A stretch of DNA of 20,149 bases from Priapulus caudatus (taxonomy: Eukaryota): NCBI RefSeq assembly GCF_000485595.1, contig NW_014577073.1, positions 744,666 through 764,814 on the forward strand. The letters are read 5' to 3'. The notes under the pieces were generated by a model that was not told where the DNA came from, made no database searches, and saw only the letters and a list, made by a program, of their open reading frames with translations. Positions 9,687-20,060 of the stretch are shown here, piece by piece (the first letter of the stretch is position 1; each line of letters begins with the position of its first letter). Both the position numbers and the translations under genes were made by a program.

Positions 9687-10170
9687 GCCGCGTTCACACG
9701 TAGCAAGAAATCCGGTATTTAGCGTTCACACGAGGCAAAATGCGCGGTCCAAGAAATACGGTATCTAAACAGATCCGGTATTTGATGTAAATACGCGGCT
9801 TCCCAGACCCCGAATAATTTGCCGTGATTGAGAAATACCGGATCTCTTGGACCGCGCATTTCCTCGTGTGAACGCTTAATACCGTATTTCTGAAGCCGCA
9901 TATTTTATAGACTGGTCCGCGCTCGACAGTTCCAGTGTAACGCGGGTGAACTGTCGAGCGCGGACCAGCACGTATTTTATTGCAGTTGGTTGGCGGGCAT
10001 TGTTGTTTGATTTCGACATTGTTCGCTTGATCTGTTAATGAAACAGCTCGCAGCTCGCAAATACGTGAGTTCTGCGAGGCGCGCGAATCACGTGTGAACG
10101 CGTCGGGCCGCGTATTGTCTCAGATTCGGTATTTCGCGCAAATACCGTATTCATGAAAAATACGAGAGGT
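9687..10170. mobile_element. PIF/Harbinger-like non-autonomous element (left end clear, right end truncated or unclear)
   Basis: Starts TTA|GCCGCGTTCACACG. Reiterated cgttcacacg/cgtgtgaacg motifs (9690, 9723, ~9865, ~10091) and (a)ccggtattt/aatac(c)g motifs. Internal inverted repeat 9706-9764 / 9835-9891. A TWA target and this terminus resemble animal Harbinger MITEs; family assigned from memory. Confidence 0.65.
9912..9968. other. Perfect 21-bp-stem hairpin with 15-nt loop
   Basis: ctggtccgcgctcgacagttc (9912-9932) / gaactgtcgagcgcggaccag (9948-9968), flanked by tattttat direct repeats at 9901-9908 and 9973-9980. Confidence 0.85.
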
Positions 10171-10188
10171 CTCCGTCAGTGACGAGGC

Positions 10189-10366
10189 TTGTGTGTGTGC
10201 GTGGCCCTGCCCTGCCGTGCCTGCATATGCGTGCGTGCGTGCGTGTGTGTTGTGTGTGCGGGCGTGCGTGCAGTCAGGCTGTGCGTGTGTGCGCGTGGTG
10301 TTGTGGCGCACATGCATGCGTGTGATGGTGTGCGCGTGCGTCCGTGCTTGCGCGCGTGGCGTGTGT
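10189..10366. repeat. Degenerate (GT)/(CGTG)n tract
   Basis: Read directly. Confidence 0.85.
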
Positions 10367-10844
10367 ATGGCTAGAGTCACGAAAGCAATGATTGCATTCG
10401 CTTTTTATCGCTCAATTTTTTTTCTGCATTTAGCGCAATTTTTACGCAATTTATTCGGCAATGACACGCTTTTTGTTCACGCTTTTATTATAGCGTGCTC
10501 TGCTAAAAGATACGCTTTTTAGAGCCTTTACCTGACAAGAGCATTATTAAGGAAAACAATCATTAAATTATAGATCTCTTCCCCAGATCCGAGGAACTCA
10601 TTAACAATCTGTCGCGTGCTTTTCGCCAATAAGTCCAAATTAAAGGGGATCTGTGCCGGAGAATTGATGTTAAGCGATGACCAGATACGGCATTGACATG
10701 TCCTGGTCTATTGCGCTACACACGGTAATGAATGCAAATGCAATATCTGTCATTTTACGTTTTCACGAAGGAATTTCTACGGCCACAGAAGGCTTTTTTC
10801 CTACGTGGCCACATTCATGCGGTATTGAACTAAATTCTGCTCGG

Positions 10845-11179
10845 CCCTCGCTTCCCCCTCTCCCTCTCACTCTCCCTCTCCCTCCGCTCCCCCTCTCTCG
10901 CTCTCCCCCTCTCGCTCTCTGTTCGCCTCCTCACATTCCTCTCTCTCGTCACTTCCTCTCTCTGCTCTCTCCTCCTCTTCTTCTCATTCTCCTTTACCCC
11001 GTGTGTGTACTCCCGCTCCCATCTCTTGCCTCTCATTTCTCTCTCTCCTCTCCTGTTTTCTCGTTCACCTTTGCTCCTGAAGTCCTTTATCATCACCTGG
11101 TTTTCCTCCTCTATTCTCTCCCTTTCTCTCTCGCTCTCTCTCGATCTCCCTCTCTCTCCTCTCTCTCCTCTCTGTCTCT
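10845..11179. repeat. Long polypyrimidine (CT/CCT) tract
   Basis: Read directly. Confidence 0.85.
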
Positions 11180-11437
11180 ACTAACGAGGCACAAAAACCC
11201 TCACCGGGCACAGCAACGATAGCACATCATCGGGAGGAGCAGATACTCTATTGATTTAACATGACATCATTTGTAACGCAGGCAGTTAACATGGTGTCGT
11301 CCAATAACGCGCCCACCAATCCCGGAGAACGACAACAGAAATGCTCGCCCATGTTTACAGACCTGACGATCTGGCTTCTACGCGACAGCTTACCACCGTA
11401 CGGAGCTGGCTTCTAAGCGGTGCCTCTATTTCTTGAG

Positions 11438-11750
11438 CCTCCCTGCCTCCTCCCTCCTCCTCCTCCTCTCCCTCTCCTCTCTCCTTTCTATTCTCCTCCT
11501 CTTCCTACCTCCTCTCTGCCCCCTCCCTACCTCCTCCTCCACCTCCACCTCCTCTTGCTTCTTTTTTCATTCTTTCCTTTTCCTCCATCCTTCCTCCTCC
11601 TCCTCCCCTCCATCCTCCTCTCCTCCCTCCTCCTCGTCCTCCTCCTCCGCCTCCTCTCTTAGCTCCTTTTTCTTTTCTACTTTCCTCCTACTTTAGCTTC
11701 TTCCTTCTCCCTTCTCTTCTCCTCCGCCCTCCTACCTCCGCCTACCTCCT
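11438..11750. repeat. Long polypyrimidine (CCT)n-rich tract
   Basis: Read directly; nearly purine-free for ~300 bp. Confidence 0.9.
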
Positions 11751-12326
11751 CGAATGGCGTACAGTGTCCGGGAGTGCCGACTGTGGGCGGTAATCGCCCT
11801 CCCTGTCCCCTCCCCCTCCCCCCCCGGCCTCCGCTCGCTCCACTCGCCATGCTTTCTCCTCGACGCCGGCTGCCGTGGCAGCGAATATAACACCTTTATA
11901 CGAACGACACAGTTTAGCGAGGAGGTGAGTGAATCGGATTACGTATACCTTCAGACGTCGGCCCGTTACACGACAGCGCACTAATGAACCCGTATTGAAG
12001 GCACAAGCGACGCCTGTCGTCCGCCCGTCGTTCCGTCGGGGGGCCGAAGTGAAGTGATGAGATTCTCGGCCGATTGTTAAATGGGCAGTCGTAATGCGTT
12101 CCGAGGCATGTCTAAGAATCGTCGCAAATTGCTCTGATGCGATCGCGCCACTTATTACTTCGATAAGTTCGGTGCGATGCCGTACTCTCGCTATTCTCCC
12201 CCCTTCTTCTTCTCTTTCCCCTTTCTCTTCCTCTTCTCTTCCTCCTCTTTGCATCCCCTTTACTCACCTCACAACGGGAGCCGTTGCGTAGTTTTCCACC
12301 GACGTCGGTGGGGAGAGAGAGAGAAC

Positions 12327-12645
12327 ATGCGCGTGCGTGCGTGCGTGCGTGCGTGGGTGCATGAGGTGATTGCGTTGTGCGTGCGTGCGAGACGTGTGAT
12401 GAGGTTGACGTGTAGATGCGTGCGTGCGTGCGATGCGTGTGCATAGCGTGATCCAGAGAGCGTGTAAGTGCGTGTCGCGTAAGCGTGCTTGCGCGCGCAG
12501 ACTTTAATCGCATGCATACTTGGGTGTGTACCTGATTGGTACGCGTGTGTTCGGCGAGCCCGCGCGCGCGCGCGCGCGACGTGTGTGTGTTGGTGTGTGT
12601 GTGTGTAGTAAGGATTGTGTGGGTGTGTGTGTGTGTGTTTGTCTT

Positions 12646-12701
<56 letters not shown>

Positions 12702-12732
12702 TAGTGTGGTGTGTGGTGGTGTGTGTGTGATG
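12327..12732. repeat. Alternating purine-pyrimidine tract: (CGTG)n, (CG)9 and (GT)n
   Basis: Read directly; (CG) run ~12561-12578, long (GT) run ~12647-12697. Confidence 0.9.
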
Positions 12733-13182
12733 TGTTGGTAACTGTCTTTGCACGTGTTAAGAAGATAGTATCAAGCGAGGCTTAATAGATAGGGTGTTTG
12801 GTGACCAGTAGTCTCCGCGTAGACCGCAGCGTCCGCGCATATTGGTCGCTGCATTGATGTTAAAGATTGGATAAGCGGGTTTTAGGTTACGGCATTTCAG
12901 GTCATTGTGAAATGGGGGTAGAAAGCGGTCTGGGAGAATCGGTACATGTGCGTTCAGAATGTAAGAGTGGGGGAAATAATATAGTGTAGCAACGCCTAAT
13001 TGTCATTCTGCGACCGCTTTAGCATCAGTCCACACACAAGCTGAATTTTACACTATTTGCCAGCGATGGACGCGGCCCGCGGCTATCATATACACCCCGG
13101 CAGTGGCGAGATTATCTGATGACACCACACCACTGTTGACAAATTGTTGATCCCGTACAACTTACTCAGATCATAGTGATTC

Positions 13183-14745
13183 ATATATATTATTATTGCC
13201 TTTTTCACATTCTTGTAACAGGATAATTTCGGCATAGTAGTGAAAGGGAGAGATCAAATAATATTATAGAATCGATAGGTTTAAGGTGAATGCTGCGTCA
13301 GTGGTCAAAAGATAGGCATAGCATCGAAGTTGACAACATACCATAGGTATAAAAAGTTTGAGAGGAAAAAGTCAATTAACTAAAATAGGAAATAAGCAAT
13401 ATGAATAAGAGAGAAACAAAATATATCATTTACATACTATATGAAGCGTAATCTACATACTTGTGTGTCAAAAAGAAAAAAAAAAACAAAGCCTCTTATT
13501 ATCAATACTAATATTCTTAATGCCCATAAAATACATCCTTTTTTGGGACACATACTGGTTGTCTAACGTACAGTATAAAATATAATACATCTCTTGGCGT
13601 AGCATCTTGGTATGTACAAGAACAAGAGCTTATTATTTATATATAACTAATGTTCCTAATGTCCTAAATAACATACAGTTTTAAATTGAACATTTCTGGC
13701 TGTCTTTACGTACAAAAAATATATATACATATTTTACATATATATGGAACGTAGATCACAATTGTGTAATAAGTAAGTAACACGAGCAAGCGCATTTATA
13801 TAATATATAACCTAACCAATGGTCTAAATAACACGCACTAATTTAATTTACAATTGATTATTACTGCTGATCTAAAGGAATGCTACTATAATCCTGTTTA
13901 AAATTTTACTGTTTGTGGCGAGGTTTTAAATTTGAAGCAGGAATGTTTCCCCATGTCCTTGAGGCCGCAGAGACAATAAAATCGAGATAGACAAGTTTGG
14001 CTCCTGGAGGCAAGGTCTGTGTAGATTACCCTTTTGAGGCATACCTAGTGTTGTGATTAATAGTATTATGTAAAGCAGAAGGAAATTAGATCCAATAAGC
14101 TGCAGGAATATCCGTTTTAACATACTTGAGATTGTTGTGTCAAGAGTGAGATTTTTGAAGTTCTATAAACATTATCAAGATTAGAATGTCCTGAAGGTTG
14201 ATAGTGGGGTAAGCACTTTCATCTTTATTTAGCAAGAAAGGGAACGCAATACATTTATCGTTCTTGGTTTTGATTTGTTGTAATCGGAGTTTGGTAGGCG
14301 TCCCCCAGCATCATTAGGCCATAAATTAATCTATGTGGTATATGAAGGTAATAATAAAAGTTGTCCCAGGGTGGCTAATCATAAACATATTGGCCTATTT
14401 GTCTTAGAATACCTATATTTTGACCATTAGTTATTATGTCTTAATTCTGTTGCACTCCCACCGTGTAAAGGTCATCAAAACACACCAAATATTATAATCT
14501 GCTGTTCCCTTTCTCTCTTACAATCGTCACGTTTATTGAAATAAATACGGCCTTTTTCCTAAAGGGAAGTTAATGAGCATGTATTTTGTCTTCTTGAAGT
14601 TAATTGAAAGTTTGTTCACAGCACAGTATTCTAAGACATTTGCAAGCTCATCGTTTATAACTTTTTCTAATTCATTTAAATCTTTTGAGGAATAAAAAAT
14701 ATTGGTATCATCTGCAAACATTTTAAATAATGCTCGGCTACAAAC
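13183..14745 (-). mobile_element. Decayed, 5'-truncated CR1/L2-like LINE: C-terminal half of ORF2 reverse transcriptase plus probable 3' UTR
   Basis: ORF 14533-14754 reads FADDTNIFYSSKDLNELEKVINDELANVLEYCAVNKLSINFKKTKYMLI, i.e. the RT catalytic [YF]ADD motif plus the N-K-L-x-I-N-x-x-K-T block. Frameshifted remnants of NIGIL, YYxFIY, YGL..WG and NTR motifs follow, up to a TAA at 13863-13861. An AT-rich tail ends in ...aaaaaggcaataataata near 13190; this 3' boundary is inferred. Confidence 0.85.
14533..14745 (-). pseudogene. Non-LTR retrotransposon reverse transcriptase fragment (FADD region)
   Basis: Recognisable RT motifs in frame for ~55 codons, followed by frameshifts and stops. Confidence 0.9.
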
Positions 14746-15155
14746 TAGATACACATGGTGGCGGCACCACTGCCCGTGTCAATTTGCAATGAATAACATT
14801 TAAATATACACCGTGGCCGTATCACTACATTAGTTTGGGCAACAGTCGGCAAAGAACAAACAACACATTAAGCAGAACTTGGTTTCAACACAGCTGCTAA
14901 ACAGCTGTTCCACCCTGAACATATGCACATTGGCCGGAATGAAGATATGTCCAGAAGACTAATGACCGCCTGTTTGTAAATCTATCGGACATTCTACGTC
15001 ATTACCTACGTCATACCTATGCCACCTACGTTGGGCACCCACGTGGCCGAGGGGGGGGCGTAAACACAGTCCCACTCATTCCTCGTCATTGGCTGTTCCC
15101 TCGATCCCACTCTAGAAACTGACCATCGCCCATAATTCCAACCCTCTACCGTCCC

Positions 15156-15497
15156 TGTAGTCGGCAGTGATTGGTAGAATACATATTTGGTAAGGGTTTC
15201 ACGGCTCAGTTTACGAAGGGAGGTATAAGAGAGCTCGCGCGGAAGAAACGGGGCTCTCGTAGACTCATCCCTCTGTTGTTTTGATTGTCTGTGCATTTTA
15301 AAAACCTGTAGTCAACCCTGTGTGACTTGTACCGATTTTGTAAGTATTCAATAGTGAAACGGCAGTTGTAACATACATCCTTTCTACTCTCATTTTATTA
15401 TCGTATTCGTAAGTTTAGTCAAGCAAGTACACGGCGCACACAGCTCGCAAGCTACCGCGCACAGTTGTCTGGCAGCAGAAATAACCCAGCGACTACA
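15156..15497 (+). mobile_element. 5' LTR of an LTR retrotransposon (alternative start TGTA at 14975)
   Basis: 8-bp terminal inverted repeat TGTAGTCG...CGACTACA and a TATA-like ggtataag at ~15222. A tRNA PBS follows after a 1-nt gap. No gag/pol downstream. Confidence 0.75.
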
Positions 15498-15568
15498 TTG
15501 GTGCCGTGACCAGGATTACATTGGTTGCCGTCGACCAGGACTACATTGGTGCCGTGACCAGGATTACA
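15494..15568 (+). other. tRNA-His primer-binding site, tandemly triplicated together with the LTR-terminal TACA
   Basis: TGGTGCCGTGACCAGGAT (15499-15516 and 15547-15564; the middle copy has two 1-nt insertions and one substitution). It is complementary to the 3' 18 nt of invertebrate tRNA-His(GUG), ...ATCCTGGTCACGGCA-CCA (tRNA sequence recalled, not searched). Confidence 0.85.
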
Positions 15569-15580
15569 ATAGGACAGGGA

Positions 15581-15742
15581 TGTAGGAGTCGAGGATTCGG
15601 GTTCTGGTCGCGGAAGGAGGCACACGCGCGTATGTGCGTGTGCGCGGGTCTTTGTCTGTGTGTAAGGAGATGTGATGTGTGTAAGATATTAAAGGTTGTA
15701 CAGTTTACCACACAAGTTTGGATCTACTTCATCATTTCTACA
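15581..15742 (+). mobile_element. Possible second, short LTR-like segment preceded by a purine tract
   Basis: Begins TGTAG after aataggacaggga, ends CTACA and contains ATTAAA. Patchy collinear similarity to the upstream LTR (cgcggaag, ttgtctgtg, tgtaag..tatt, cagtt, tctact..cattt). Confidence 0.4.
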
Positions 15743-15763
15743 TGAACGCTCATTCCAACGTTA

Positions 15764-15765
<2 letters not shown>

Positions 15766-15821
<56 letters not shown>

Positions 15822-15827
15822 GTGTGT
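15766..15827. repeat. (GT)n microsatellite
   Basis: Read directly. Confidence 0.95.
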
Positions 15828-16021
15828 TGTATGCGCGAATGCGTCTGAGCGCGCGTGCGTGCGATGCGCTGTGGGGTTTTGTTTTTAGGGGAGCATTACG
15901 TAAGGGGAGACGGATTAGTGCTGTTAGAGCTACGCGACTAATATTTCATCCGCTCACAGCGCCTAGGGCAATCCGATTCCAGAGCAAACGTATGGCTGTT
16001 TCAATTTTGCATAGTATGTGT

Positions 16022-16333
16022 GAGAGAGAACAATAGAGATACGAGCGAGAGAGAGAGAGAGAGAAAGAGCGAGAGATGATGAGCGAGAGAAGGTTAGACA
16101 GACAATGAGATCGGGAGAGAGGAAGCGAGCAAGAGAAGGTAAGACAGACGGACAAACAGGCAGACAGAAACAAAAAGAGGGGGGGACTAAGTGAGGTTGT
16201 AAGAATGCGTGAATAGAGACTGACAGAAGCGCGAAATTGTCTTGAGAGAGAACGAGGAAAAATTGAGAGAATGAGAAAGGTGCAGTGAAAGAGAAAGGTA
16301 GTGAGTGAGCAAAAAAAAATAGAGACGAAAAAA
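16022..16333. repeat. Polypurine (GA/GACA)-rich tract
   Basis: Read directly. Confidence 0.85.
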
Positions 16334-17446
16334 GTAATGGCGTCCGATTGCCTCCTCTTCATCGCGGAAACGTGGGCAGACATCGCAGCAGAGCACCCGG
16401 TGACGAGGCGCGGTAATAGATCTGTTAGCGAGTGTAGCGTGAGCTTTTATGTCGATCGCCACGTCGCTGTAAATCACGCTTCCCTCCAATCTGTGGCTGA
16501 AGTTTTCTTTCATGGCTTCCGGAAGTAAGTGCAAGGCTAGCTTCGGAGAAAAACCCTGCGAGAAGCGCATCAGCGGCTGTACGAATCACGGGGGAATAGC
16601 TATGGAAACCCAGATCACATGCGAGAGACCGTGCAGCATCACGCCTCGATCACACCCTCTCGTTGCAACGAGATATGCGTCACGACATTGTGCGTGCAAC
16701 TATCGTGTTACAAATCCGAGTTTTGCTATACGGCTGCAGCAAACAAAAAAAAAAAAAAATAAAGGATCACGATATTTTATCAAAAAAGGAACGGCGATGC
16801 GTGTAAAGTAACCGATGTCGTATGTAACCGATGGCGTCTGTGACAAGCAGAGGTGTGCATTGCACATGCGGTGACGTCGTGCGCGAATTAATTTGCCTAA
16901 TCAGAGGCGCATTCTAGCTAACGATACGCAAACCCTTGTGATTCGGTGTGGGGGAGGGGAGTAACATGGAGTGAGTCGTCGCTCTCAGATTTCCTGCACT
17001 CGTCTACGGTTTGGCACCTAGAGGGTTTCACTCGCGCCGCGCACTCACATATTTTTTAATATTCAATTTCAGAAGCCAGAAGCCACGGCGTCGTGATTCC
17101 AATCTTTGTCGCTGGATTCGCGCTTCTCGTTTTGTTAGTCGCCCGCGACGGACGTCTACCCCTTGTGCCGAACCGTAGATGCGCGCGTCGAGAGGCAGTC
17201 TATTTTGTTGCGGCGTGTTTCAATTTCTGTGTCGCAGGCGCGGCGTGAAATAGACGAATCAGCGGGTAATTATGCCGGATAATGCTGTAAATTGCAGTCG
17301 TATAGGTTCTGGAAGGATGCTCGGCACGGCTGCTCTCTGCTTTTATGTGATGTGTGTGAGTACGCGTGCGCGTTCGTGTGCGTGCGCGTGCGTGTGTGTG
17401 TGAACCTGTGGTGCCTGGTGCTTGTGTGTGAGCGAGAGAGAGGAGG

Positions 17447-17645
17447 CGTGCGTGCGTGTATGCGTGCGTCCGTTCATGTGAAAAGTGCTGACGTGCGTGC
17501 GTGCGTGTATGCGTGCGTCCGTTCATATGAAAAGTATGGACGTGCGTGCGTGTATGCGTGCATCTGTTCACGTGAAATGTGTGGACGTGCGTGCGTGCGT
17601 GCGCAAGCGTTTATATGCGGAAGTGTTTGTACGTGAAAAGTGTGT
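17447..17645. repeat. ~45-49-bp minisatellite derived from (CGTG)n, 3 good copies plus 1 degenerate
   Basis: Unit cgtgcgtgcgtgtatgcgtgcgtccgttcatgtgaaaagtgctga at 17447, 17492 and 17541. Confidence 0.85.
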
Positions 17646-18461
17646 GTCCGTACGTGCGTGTAGGCAGTTATTGATCGATTTCATCGCTGCGAATGCAAAA
17701 ACTTGCTTTCTCGTGCTCGGGGCCGATATAAACAAGCTACGATCACTGCCATTTTTACAATCTGCTCGAGCGAGTTAAAAACAACTTCGACGTCGATGGG
17801 AGTCGTGTAAGATTCGCTCGCCAGCGAACCCCAATTACATTGGCGGGCAAATCCTACGTGTTAACTCGGATCTTCAATTTCTGGATGGCCGGCGGCTGTG
17901 ATTGGCCAATATGAGAACGTAATTCGCATCGACGCCCGCGCGCGAGGCAGCGTGGGGCAAGCAGGAGAGTTAAGTATTGCATTGCGTGCGTCTCGTGGTT
18001 TACCTGTATTACCTACTGAAGTTAAGATTGCTCCTGACACGCGCACACGAATATAATTTAGGAGATTGATGGATAGAAAACCCCCGCTCCCAAAATCGCA
18101 AAACCCAAGATTGTGCGAAAATCAAATCGCCGTGTAGAACCGTAAACCGTGAAATCAGCGCGAGCACGCGGAAGGTCACGCACGCCGCTGAGCATGGCGT
18201 ATTTGTTTGTTAAAAGCTCTAATCCTCCGTGTTTATTGTCATCTCGAGTGGCAACGATGAAATCTTTGTCTAAACGCGCGTCGCCTAAAACGCTCGGTGG
18301 CACTCTTTTTCCCGCGCACTGAATAGCAGCGACTTTCTTGCTTCGATGGCGCTCGGTCGCGCCGATACTATATAGAGTAGAATCGAGCCGAACTCACTCA
18401 GCAGCTAGCAGACGATGCGTGTCACACGGTGAACGTCGGCTAGAGCGATCACCGTGTACGC

Positions 18462-18778
18462 CATAGCTACAGCATGAATGACCTTAGCTTCATCATGAAT
18501 GACCTTAACTACTGTATAGATGACCTCAGATACAGCATGTATGACCTTAGCTACAGCATGAATGACCTTAGCTACAGCATGAATGACCTTAACTACTGTA
18601 TAGATGACCTTAGATGCAGCATTAATGACCTCAGATACAGCATGCATGACCTTAACTACTGTATAGATGACCTCAGATACAGCATGTATGACCTTAGCCA
18701 CAGCATGCATGACCTTAGCCACAGCATGCATGACCTTAGCTACAGCATCATTACTTTATATACAGCATGGATGACCTC
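18462..18778. repeat. 21-bp minisatellite, ~15 copies with recurring variant types
   Basis: Consensus cttagctacagcatgaatgac; exact 21-bp period from 18462 to 18734. Confidence 0.95.
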
Positions 18779-18897
18779 GGATTTTGGACAGTACAGCATT
18801 CATTATCAAAATGACTTTAAATGCTCTTTAATTGCACGTTGGCATTTGCACGAAAGATGCTTCTTTACTTTGCCGGCTGTTTTTTTCCACAGGCACG

Positions 18898-19050
18898 TGT
18901 TTACACGTAGATATGTTGCGTATACTTTGTATAATGTGACCAACGCGCTTCAGTTTTACGCGAGCGATGCTTGTTTACTTTAACTTTGTTTACTGTAACC
19001 AACGCGCTTTCACATTCAGACGAGTGACGACGCTTGTTTACTTTGTTTAC
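18898..19050. promoter_or_regulatory. Cluster of forkhead/FOXO-type motifs within a ~60-bp duplication
   Basis: TTGTTTAC at 18971, 18986, 19034 and 19043, and TGTTTAC at 18898. The unit accaacgcgctt...gcttgtttacttt occurs twice. Confidence 0.4.
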
Positions 19051-19430
19051 CGGATTTCAGTAGGTGCATCGATCGTACGCGTGTCTGTCCACCTGCTTTG
19101 TTAGACTCCCGGATGTATAAGGCAACCGGATTGTACCGCCTCGCGCAGTACAAATTAATTGCTGTTACTCGCAATCATGTTCAATCAATACGCCAGTCAG
19201 CATTGATGCTAATTGCGGGCGCTAATGACACCGCGCAGCGAGCAGATGATCGCTGTTTGCACGGCCTCCTCGGAACCTGCCAAGCACACTGCGACTCGAT
19301 TTGATTCCATCTTTTGCTAAGCTGCCCGAGGCGAGCCGAGTGGGATTGTGGCGAAGTGCGAGAGAGAGAGCGCGCGCGCAAATCCCAGCCGACGACGTTC
19401 ACGCGCATCTGCTCGCTGATGTTTTTGCTA

Positions 19431-19505
19431 TCGTCGTCGTCGTCGTCACCGTCGTCGTCATTGTCACCGTCGCCGTCGTCGTCGTCGTCTGCGGGGGGGG
19501 GGGGA
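19431..19505. repeat. (GTC)n degenerate microsatellite plus poly-G run
   Basis: Read directly. Confidence 0.9.
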
Positions 19506-19997
19506 TGACATGCTCTTTGCATTTTGCTCGCCTACTGTCCTGTAATTGTCATATAAACCAAACGTAGCTGTCACCTCCTATCAAGTAATAATCACTTAGC
19601 TATAAAATAGGTATCACATTAAAAATAACGTCATGTTTGTTTATTTTGCTTGTTTTTGCCTGTATTAATACATTTATATACAATTGAGCGATGAGATCTT
19701 GTCAGAATATTCGTCCAATTAGTGAGTATGTTGTCATTATAATTACCCGCTATTATGCTGATATTATGCTTCACCTCGATTTCATGAGCCATAACTAGCT
19801 CATCAGCTGTGATACCGTGCCTTCATTACTGCGCGTATTACAAACGAACGCAAATTTTGAAATTACACTCGCAAATTAGCTTGGGACCTTACTTTCATGT
19901 ATTCTTCATTATAAAACACACTCTGTCTCCCATGCACACACACGCCAATACAGGCGCACACACTCGCAGACAGATACGTATCCCTCCCTCCACCAAA

Positions 19998-19999
19998 CA

Positions 20000-20059
<60 letters not shown>
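19998..20059. repeat. (GCAC)n tetranucleotide microsatellite
   Basis: About 15 perfect units. Confidence 0.95.

Positions 20060-20060
<1 letters not shown>

Noticed and set aside
12809..12940. Degenerate tctcc..agaccgc / gcggtct..ggaga inverted repeat
   Set aside because: Too short and gapped to support an element call without other copies.
15499..15516. tRNA-His gene or tRNA-derived SINE on the minus strand
   Set aside because: Only the 3' 18-19 nt including CCA are present, directly after an LTR end. This is a PBS, not a gene.
19760..19820. Minus-strand CTGATGA-stem-GAAA hammerhead-like motif
   Set aside because: An extra TCAT before GAAA pairs with the core itself, and there are no stem I or stem III partners.
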